Shown here: one piece after another, positions 57,466 to 64,000 of the stretch
Numbering within the stretch: position 1 is the first letter of the stretch
Layout of the letters: each line of letters begins with the position of its first letter
DNA from: a virus
DNA length: 64,000 bases
Reading direction: 5' to 3' (one strand)
Virus record (IMG/VR): IMGVR_UViG_3300043177_000234
The notes under the pieces: generated by a model
Told to the model about the DNA's origin: nothing
The model's input: only the letters and a program-made list of their open reading frames with translations
Databases searched by the model: none
Made by a program: the position numbers and the translations under genes

Positions 57466-57927
57466 TCACTCGGCAATCGCACGAACCCAGTCCGGGGCCC
57501 GATTGAAAACGCCGGTAGCCACGTCAAGGTCGTAGTCACGACCCGCAATCACAATGCGACCCGTAGATGCGCTATAGAACGTGTTGACCTGCGGCAGTAC
57601 ACCCCCGTTGGGCCGCTTGCCGTTGCGGAGGTTGGACAGGTACACCTTGAGGCTGCCCATTGTCAGCCCCTTGAGGTGTCGGCCCACCGCTGTCGCGCAA
57701 GCGTCGACCAGTTGCGAAAGCCGCTCATCATCCATCACAATCACAGTACCGCCCTGTGACTCCTTGAGTTCCAGAACATAACTCATCGGGGCCACACCGG
57801 CAGGGAACAAATCTTTGCCGTTCACCAGATAGGCAAGCATAATGACAACGCCCATGATACCGTCAACTCCCTTGATGGGCGAAGCCTCGGCCATCGAGCC
57901 GCTGCCAATGAAAGAACGTACAGTCAT
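57466..57927 (-). CDS. Hypothetical protein
   Basis: ORF track; GGAG upstream. Confidence 0.55.
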   Translation of the reverse strand: MTVRSFIGSGSMAEASPIKGVDGIMGVVIMLAYLVNGKDLFPAGVAPMSYVLELKESQGGTVIVMDDERLSQLVDACATAVGRHLKGLTMGSLKVYLSNLRNGKRPNGGVLPQVNTFYSASTGRIVIAGRDYDLDVATGVFNRAPDWVRAIAE

Positions 57928-58059
57928 TCCGAGATCTCCTCTTGAATACGGAACGTCGCGTCAGGATGCTCGCGTAGTAGATGCCAAGCAATCGCAGCAC
58001 GGGCGAGGGGGAGTGATGTGTAGACCCCACACAAAAACTCCTCCTCGAACCCCGGCTTA

Positions 58060-59112
58060 CTACCGATGATCAGAAACACTAGGTGCATCGAATACCTTGG
58101 TCGACATACTAAGCCTCTCCCACTCAGCGCGATTGCGCTCAGCATCCTCGCTGAACTGCAGGCTATCCGCCCCCATCTTCACCAGTTGCGCTGCAACAGA
58201 GTAGAAAATCGGGTGGCGAGTTGCAACCACAAGCCCAAGCCAGTCCTTAGCATTCTTTCGCAGATGCTCTACCATCGGAGGCGGGGCACCACGAACAACG
58301 CCGCGAACCAGACCGGCCTGAATCGCCGCCGCCGATGCAACCTGCTGCGCTGCCTCCGCACTCATACCGTGGAATGCCGGCGCAAGCTTCCAAGTGCGCC
58401 GCCCAAAGTAGTTGGTCTTGATCACCAAAGAACGGCCAGTCAGGGCACAGCGGGTGCTGCGTCCCGGCAGCTTATCCTCCTCGGCAAGCTGCATCCATTC
58501 GGTCACAGCATCGTTCATACTGGGCTTAGCATAGAAACCCAGAGTTCCCATACGGTGTCCGCTTGGACGCTCGGGATCAACGTACATGGTACGCATTGCG
58601 AACCGCATAGGACTCGGAACACGGGGTTCGTGCAGCCTCACATTCAGATTCCATGCTAACACAGGATCAGTGGATTCACGGCACCGGCGAGCAATCTCAA
58701 GAATCTGAGATGCTGGCAGCGCGTAGAGATTGCCGGACCAGTTCAGCTCTTGCGGAGCAGCCCGGATAATCTCGGCAATGATGCGTTGCGTAGAGGAAGT
58801 CTGCCGCGCAGGGCGAACCTTTACAGCCTTCAACTCATCCAGTAGGGTCACGGGGTCGGAGGCAAGACGCTTGCGCGCGGCCTCATCACGGCGAGTCTTC
58901 TCGGCATCACGGCGAGCCGTAACACCGTCATCGTAGTTCGGTTGCCACGTCGTAGCCTTGCGGCCAAAACGAAGTTCCCGGTTCTCCCACCGCGCAGTCT
59001 CCTCTGCGGTAGGCATGGGAGGAAGTTCAACCTCGCGGTCACGGCGAGAGCGCACCGAAACGTGACGGAGGGATTTATAGTCGAAATCTGCAGCAAATGT
59101 GATCGGCATCAA
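58060..59112 (-). CDS. Hypothetical protein
   Basis: 350-aa ORF downstream of a promoter. Confidence 0.65.
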   Translation of the reverse strand: MMPITFAADFDYKSLRHVSVRSRRDREVELPPMPTAEETARWENRELRFGRKATTWQPNYDDGVTARRDAEKTRRDEAARKRLASDPVTLLDELKAVKVRPARQTSSTQRIIAEIIRAAPQELNWSGNLYALPASQILEIARRCRESTDPVLAWNLNVRLHEPRVPSPMRFAMRTMYVDPERPSGHRMGTLGFYAKPSMNDAVTEWMQLAEEDKLPGRSTRCALTGRSLVIKTNYFGRRTWKLAPAFHGMSAEAAQQVASAAAIQAGLVRGVVRGAPPPMVEHLRKNAKDWLGLVVATRHPIFYSVAAQLVKMGADSLQFSEDAERNRAEWERLSMSTKVFDAPSVSDHR

Positions 59113-59127
59113 GAACTCCTCGGCAAG

Positions 59128-59155
59128 AGAATAGCGACGGACGCCCCCGCGTCAA
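59128..59155 (-). promoter_or_regulatory. Sigma70-type promoter
   Basis: TTGACG-16 nt-TATTCT; spacer ends in TCGC. Confidence 0.7.
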
Positions 59156-59321
59156 GCCGCCGGATCTGGCATAGCACAAAGTGGTGCGAGGTAAGATGAG
59201 AGCATCATCCACCGTGCAATGGGCATGATTGTGTACATGGTTGTAAGGTCATCTACACCCGTTCTTCCTTCGTACATGCCCTCAATCGCCACACAAGCAA
59301 TGATCCAATCAGGATGCTCAA

Positions 59322-59663
59322 TCAGGTCTGGAATCTGATTGAGATTGCCGAAGCGTGACACAGTGGGCATTTTGCTTCACCACCTTCCATGATGGGACTC
59401 GCGGGGCCATTGAATTGCGTGTGCCAGGTACACCGCTCCTTCTGCACCCGTTTGATGTGTTTGCAGTAAGAGGCGGCCTCGCCACGCTTTCGGAATTGGA
59501 AATCGGGGCAAGTGCAATAGAAGTCGTGCTGCACTCCACGCTGACGCGGATTTTCTACACGTCCAAAAGAAACCACATAGGTTTCACCGCTGCGCGAATG
59601 AACTACCCGCGACCAGTTCGTATTGTTGCTGCACATCCATCCATGTTCAATCGTGCGGGCCAT
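59322..59663 (-). CDS. SWIM zinc-finger protein
   Basis: FYCTCPDF...CKHI. Confidence 0.8.
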   Translation of the reverse strand: MARTIEHGWMCSNNTNWSRVVHSRSGETYVVSFGRVENPRQRGVQHDFYCTCPDFQFRKRGEAASYCKHIKRVQKERCTWHTQFNGPASPIMEGGEAKCPLCHASAISIRFQT

Positions 59664-60162
59664 ACGTTTGCACCCCTCGGCAACCCATGCCAGGTTCGTT
59701 GAAGTTGATAGAGAATCGCAGCTTGGGAAATTTGGACGATAGCTTCTCAATCACCTTAAGCGGCGGCCCCCATGCGGTATCAAATGTCAGAGTGACACCA
59801 GAACCATTCTTCCAATCCGTGCGGTACAGCTCGTTCTTGTGAACATCCCACTTTGTACCCCAATTATTCACCGCCCAATCATACCAATTATCTGCACCAA
59901 ATCGGCGGCGCAGTTCCTGCTGCATGCGGGCTGTGATGGGAATACCTCCAAAGGTCTTAATCTTGCCATCAAGATACTGCTGATGCTCTTCCTCAGAAAC
60001 AATCCGAGTGGGACTCGCAATACCACGCAATTCCTCAGGCATCGGATAGATAGCCTGAAAGAAACCGCTGTCGTCCTTCATGTTGTCAAGCATGGATAGG
60101 AATTCACGAACGTCATCTCGTCGTCCACGAACGGACAGCTCATTAAAACACCAGTTCGGCAT
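59647..60162 (-). CDS. DUF1281/YubB ferredoxin-like family protein
   Basis: MPNWCFN...WYDW...NWGTKWD...FDTAWGPP. Confidence 0.85.
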   Translation of the reverse strand: MPNWCFNELSVRGRRDDVREFLSMLDNMKDDSGFFQAIYPMPEELRGIASPTRIVSEEEHQQYLDGKIKTFGGIPITARMQQELRRRFGADNWYDWAVNNWGTKWDVHKNELYRTDWKNGSGVTLTFDTAWGPPLKVIEKLSSKFPKLRFSINFNEPGMGCRGVQTYGPHD

Positions 60163-60371
60163 TACTACTCCTGTAGGAAGAGGGGGGGGGAGAACTTATC
60201 GCTTCATCAGTACGCGTCCGTCACGATATGCGCGATATTAAATCGCTCGTGTTTGTGGCGCTGCGACGGGTGCTTGACGTTATCGATGACTTCAATGGAG
60301 AGCGACCAAGGCCGCTCCGCATCTAGGTAGGACCGGAGGTTTGCACCTCCGGCGCCTGCCATGCAACATGC

Positions 60372-60695
60372 TCAGGTGCCGATCGCCTCGGCAGCCTGAA
60401 TGCCCTCGGCCAGCGACGCCTGCAGCGCCTCGAGCCGCTCGATCAGATCAGGCAGCTCACGAGCCGGGAGACGGCTCACCGCCGACAGGTCGAGGACAGC
60501 CCCACCAGCCCCGCGCGCCTTCTTGCCCTTGTTCGAGGCAACGAACGCACGGTAGTTCGCAATCAGGGCCACGCGACCGGCAGGCACCTTAGCCTCACCG
60601 TTGGCCTCGTTGCGGAGCACGACCGGGTGCGAGAACACAGTCTCGACAACCGAATCACCAGTCTGAATCACCTCTGCAGCAAACGCAATCGTCAT
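60372..60695 (-). CDS. Hypothetical protein, paralog A
   Basis: Shares LIANYRAF...GKKARGAG...LDLSAVSRLPARELPDLI with the upstream gene. Confidence 0.7.
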   Translation of the reverse strand: MTIAFAAEVIQTGDSVVETVFSHPVVLRNEANGEAKVPAGRVALIANYRAFVASNKGKKARGAGGAVLDLSAVSRLPARELPDLIERLEALQASLAEGIQAAEAIGT

Positions 60696-60718
60696 GTCTC
60701 ACTCCTTGGTTGCGGGCT

Positions 60719-61132
60719 TCATGCCCGACGCGGAAAGAATAGCGAATAATTCTGCTCTGTCAAGGGAAGGGGGCTCGACCCGGATGAAACCAGATCAGGC
60801 CCCCTCCCCCTCCCCTCACAGGCCTCGGCCTGCTCGATACCCATCTCAAGGCTATCCTGAAGCTCGCGCAGCTTCGCAATCAGATCAGGCAGCTCACGAG
60901 CCGGGAGACGGCTCACCGCCGACAGGTCGAGGACAGCCTGACCGGCACCGCGAGCCTTCTTGCCCTTGCCGGACTGGTTGAAGGCGCGGTAGTTCGCAAT
61001 CAGACCGATGACACCGGCGGGGATCGCCTTCGCCTCGGCGGTCGCCTCGTTGCGGAGTGCAACGGGACGAGCGAACACGCTCTCAACAACGGACTCGGAC
61101 GCGGTAGCGGTCTCAGACGTGAACATCACCAT
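60719..61132 (-). CDS. Hypothetical protein, paralog B (3' end probably extended by a poly-C indel)
   Basis: About 60 bp of near-identical DNA shared with paralog A. Confidence 0.65.
   Translation of the reverse strand: MVMFTSETATASESVVESVFARPVALRNEATAEAKAIPAGVIGLIANYRAFNQSGKGKKARGAGQAVLDLSAVSRLPARELPDLIAKLRELQDSLEMGIEQAEACEGRGRGPDLVSSGSSPLPLTEQNYSLFFPRRA
60736..60763 (-). promoter_or_regulatory. Sigma70-type promoter
   Basis: TTGACA-16 nt-TATTCT; spacer ends in TCGC. Confidence 0.75.
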
Positions 61133-61209
61133 ACGTTTCTCTCTCTTTCTGGCCCATCGGGCCGGGGTCACTTCCAACTGGTCAGGACCACCCTGCCAGC
61201 CACGCAAAC

Positions 61210-61237
61210 AGAATAGCGACCAACCCAGATCTGTCAA
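61210..61237 (-). promoter_or_regulatory. Sigma70-type promoter
   Basis: TTGACA-16 nt-TATTCT; spacer ends in TCGC. Confidence 0.75.
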
Positions 61238-61548
61238 GCAGGTCGCTTGTGTTTCTTGGATCTGATCCGTGCATTAACTGGCACAGATCCTGCAGGGGGT
61301 GCAAGCCCCGTGCCAAGATTTATGCGACTTCCTCCTCATTTGGATCTGTGCAAATGTGCGCAGGATGCGAAAGTCCTGCAGCGTCTGCAAGATCCAAAGA
61401 TATCGAGCGTTAACTACTGCCAGGTCGGATAGCAAGTGCTTCATCACTCACAGCAAATCTCCATGATTTCCGCAAGTGTGCGGTCTAGAGCATTTAATCG
61501 ACTGTCGATTAAATGCAGGCGAGACAGCGCCCACGGGATGTGGGCACT

Positions 61549-61860
61549 CTATGCGGTCTGTTTCTCGAGCCATGCTTGGAAGTCGTGGACATAGGGCCGC
61601 GAGTGATCATCCCCACCGATGTTCAACTCAATCGGCTGAGTATCATGCACGCTCCACATATTGTGTCCATACTTCCAGTCATACAGAGTGAAGCGCGAAC
61701 CTTCTGGTCCGGTGAAGTAGAATTCTCCAGTGGTTTTGTAGCCATCGCCGGGCTGTGGATTACCAAAAGCACGCATCACACGGGCCGGAGATAGTGTGGT
61801 GCGAGCAAGAAGAAAAGTGCCGTTGATATCAAGGTCTTGGGTAAGTCGAAACATACTCAC
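61549..61860 (-). CDS. Conserved phage hypothetical protein
   Basis: FGNP...DGYKT...FTLYDWK...LNIGG. Confidence 0.65.
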   Translation of the reverse strand: MSMFRLTQDLDINGTFLLARTTLSPARVMRAFGNPQPGDGYKTTGEFYFTGPEGSRFTLYDWKYGHNMWSVHDTQPIELNIGGDDHSRPYVHDFQAWLEKQTA

Positions 61861-62131
61861 TCCGTGATGATGTTGTAGTCGACGATAGCAGGATTGCTTT
61901 CGGCGATGCTTGCGATGTACTCCGCGACACCCGCATCAATCGGGCCCGCCTGCTCGTTCATCACATCCGTATTCTCGAATTCCAGAGTAATTGTGATTGT
62001 CAGCTTTTCCACATTAACCTCCCTTGGGCCTCATAGGTCCCAATGCTTGACTGCTACAACGCGGGCAAGTCGTCGTAAATGCGCGCCGCCCGAAAGCATG
62101 CTTACAATCGTGGCAGCGATACCAAATCATG

Positions 62132-63205
62132 CTACTCTCCAATCTTCAATAGGAATGCGTTGTTGATTGCCTTGAATGATGTGCGAGCGGCGCCGCCACC
62201 ATTGAATGCAGTCAGCACAGGAGAGCGGCACTCCGTGGTAGGACGAATGACGATGCCTTCACGAGGATGTCCGTTTGCGTACTTACCCTCCGCACGTTTG
62301 AGAATCGACTCCAGTGTCTCATCCAGCGGCCCTACCCATTCAATCGGAACCGTAGGAATACCGGCCATGTCACAGAAGTGCAGGAAGTCTCGGAAGTCGA
62401 GAAAATCCTGACGCTCAATCGAGTATACCTGAAAGGCGTAGAATTCTTTCTGCTTCAATCCAATGCGATTCGCCTGAATACCTGGACCACAGAACTCTCC
62501 CTGCACTGCGAATCCCTGCGGAATTCGCTCGAAAATGCGCAACTGTCGGGCCATTTGCCAGTGCGGAGAATCTGGCAAATCCTTGACCGCGTAGTTGCGC
62601 ATGCAGACTTTATGAGTGTCGACCCCGCCGTCGTTGTACCGGGCAAACGTCAAACTCTGCCCGTCCATCTTGACTGCGATGTAGCACTCCGCACCACGCA
62701 ATTCATCTAGAATTTCCGGCACAGCCTGTACGCGCGTCTCGTCAGTCTTTGGGAATAGGTGCGTGGGAAAGGCGCCCCCGACTTCGCGGGCAGATGCATG
62801 AATCGGCGGCTTCCATTTGGTAACACCCAGAGCCTCGGTTACATCAAGGCCCTCAGTAGGGGTGATGCCCGCAGGGAGAATAGATACAGGTAGGGCAAGA
62901 CCCTGTGAAAGCACTCCGCGCAGACGCTTCGAACGAAGCTTGAAGTTGTCAGGCCGAGGTACTCGGGGCTGAGGGATAGCGGTGCCATGTTCATCCACCT
63001 TGGGTGAGGGCTGCCAGAGGAAGTCGAACGTTGCAGTGTCGGGAGGAACACTGTCAATCTCGAGGAATACGCAAAGGTCATCGGGTCGGAAGTTGCCTTT
63101 GCCCGACACCAACTGCCAGCCTAGTACCTTCAACCGTTCGATCTTGTCCGCGCCCCCGATAGGATCGACGGATCGCACACGCTGCACAGAGGCGAGTTTA
63201 CGCAT
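62132..63205 (-). CDS. RNA ligase, DRB0094/Rnl5-like family
   Basis: MRKLASVQRV N-terminal OB-like domain, RLRGVLSQGL, PKTDETRVQ, KMDGQS, QGEFCGPGIQAN, REGIVIR, SFKAINNAFL. Confidence 0.9.
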   Translation of the reverse strand: MRKLASVQRVRSVDPIGGADKIERLKVLGWQLVSGKGNFRPDDLCVFLEIDSVPPDTATFDFLWQPSPKVDEHGTAIPQPRVPRPDNFKLRSKRLRGVLSQGLALPVSILPAGITPTEGLDVTEALGVTKWKPPIHASAREVGGAFPTHLFPKTDETRVQAVPEILDELRGAECYIAVKMDGQSLTFARYNDGGVDTHKVCMRNYAVKDLPDSPHWQMARQLRIFERIPQGFAVQGEFCGPGIQANRIGLKQKEFYAFQVYSIERQDFLDFRDFLHFCDMAGIPTVPIEWVGPLDETLESILKRAEGKYANGHPREGIVIRPTTECRSPVLTAFNGGGAARTSFKAINNAFLLKIGE

Positions 63206-63388
63206 TTACTTTCCCTAGATATTGACGGGTTTTCCGTCTGCCGTCTGAAAGAACATGGCGCCGGGACCGTTACCCTCTGCGTCACATTGGATAACAACGC
63301 ACACGCCATTGTCAAGGATCAGGATTGGACTCCCACGATCCTGTGCCCATTGAGCGCCTTGGCAACTGCAGCTTCGTACTTACTCATA

Positions 63389-63775
63389 TCACCACCACGA
63401 TGTGTAATAGACCGCGCGACCCTGCGCAATCAGTTTTCGCGCCTCTGCAACAAATTCCAAATCTTCAGCGGCCTCATCTTCAGTACCCTGCGAACGACCG
63501 AAGAAAGACCCCGTGGTTTCCGGAAGCGCGCCACTCTTGATGTCTGCCTCCAAACGATCGAGATCCTCCGGCAGAAGCCGTACCGGAATGCAGTTGAAGC
63601 TCTCAGCCGTACCACCCTTCTCGCGGTATAGTTCCTCCATCCAACCATGAAGATTAGGGTGTTTGCGCCAGTAGTGAAACTCAACTGCGCTCAGACCATC
63701 TGCATCCTCAAAGTCAACCTGTGAGGGGCCGAGAAGACGAGCGTCACAATGCATGGCATATTGTTCGAGACCCAT
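63389..63775 (-). CDS. Conserved phage hypothetical protein
   Basis: MGLEQY...YWRKHPNLHGWM...YYTSWW. Confidence 0.75.
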   Translation of the reverse strand: MGLEQYAMHCDARLLGPSQVDFEDADGLSAVEFHYWRKHPNLHGWMEELYREKGGTAESFNCIPVRLLPEDLDRLEADIKSGALPETTGSFFGRSQGTEDEAAEDLEFVAEARKLIAQGRAVYYTSWW

Positions 63776-63776
63776 A

Positions 63777-63992
63777 TCAATCCTCCGTCAGTTGTTCAGT
63801 TGCGCGGTCAACGAGTTCTTGCTGCTCTTCATCTGTATACTGACCATTTCCTACACGGTGAGCGCAGCCCCACCGGAAGGCATTATCAATAAGTTTTCGC
63901 ACTCTCTCATGATTACAGGCAGTTACCGCGTAGGTGATGGCGTGCAGAAACTCTTCGTACTTTTGAATTTTCTGCTTATCAGCGAGTGTCAC
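63777..63992 (-). CDS. Small hypothetical protein
   Basis: ORF track. Confidence 0.5.
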   Translation of the reverse strand: MTLADKQKIQKYEEFLHAITYAVTACNHERVRKLIDNAFRWGCAHRVGNGQYTDEEQQELVDRATEQLTED

Positions 63993-64000
63993 TTATGCCT

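Noticed and set aside
1-64000. Ro60/TROVE, RtcB, SmpB, integrase, capsid or terminase genes
   Set aside because: I recognised no such motifs in the ORF track or in my hand translations; the partner of the Y-like RNAs must lie outside the window or in the host.

Overview
This looks like a 64-kb segment of a large (jumbo-type) dsDNA bacteriophage genome: densely packed, almost all genes on the minus strand, many short hypothetical ORFs, and no host core operons. It encodes phage accessory genes (ClpB, MnmA, UvsE, ATP-dependent DNA ligase, radical SAM protein, aminotransferase, HNH nucleases, several proteases), a tRNA array (about 0.6-13.5 kb) and a tmRNA with tag ANDNVEFAPVALAA. A myxobacterial/deltaproteobacterial host is inferred from the tag, a Cys-rich repeat/vWA lipoprotein and a GC-rich S41 protease fragment; this is not proven. 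The most striking signal is in the non-coding RNA. (1) Both tRNA-Leu genes (UAG, CAA) are split between anticodon positions 34 and 35 by a 44-nt insert that is itself a CCA-ending acceptor-stem/T-arm minihelix. (2) Ten Y-RNA-like modules (GUC[C]GA bulged stem, upper stem, UUAUC) are present. Five are free-standing. Five are circularly permuted and embedded in tRNA frames, and two of these (Phe, Asn) give canonical-length tRNAs when the module is removed. (3) The window also carries many RNA end-healing and ligation genes: three ATP-dependent RNA-ligase-like genes, two 2H phosphoesterases, a macro domain, a HAD, a metallophosphoesterase and an RlaP-like nucleotidyltransferase. No Ro60/TROVE gene is visible in the window. 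Many ORFs are broken by single-base indels, often in homopolymers, so some disruptions are probably sequencing artefacts. All RNA structures were paired by eye and all protein calls rest on recalled motifs; no searches were run.
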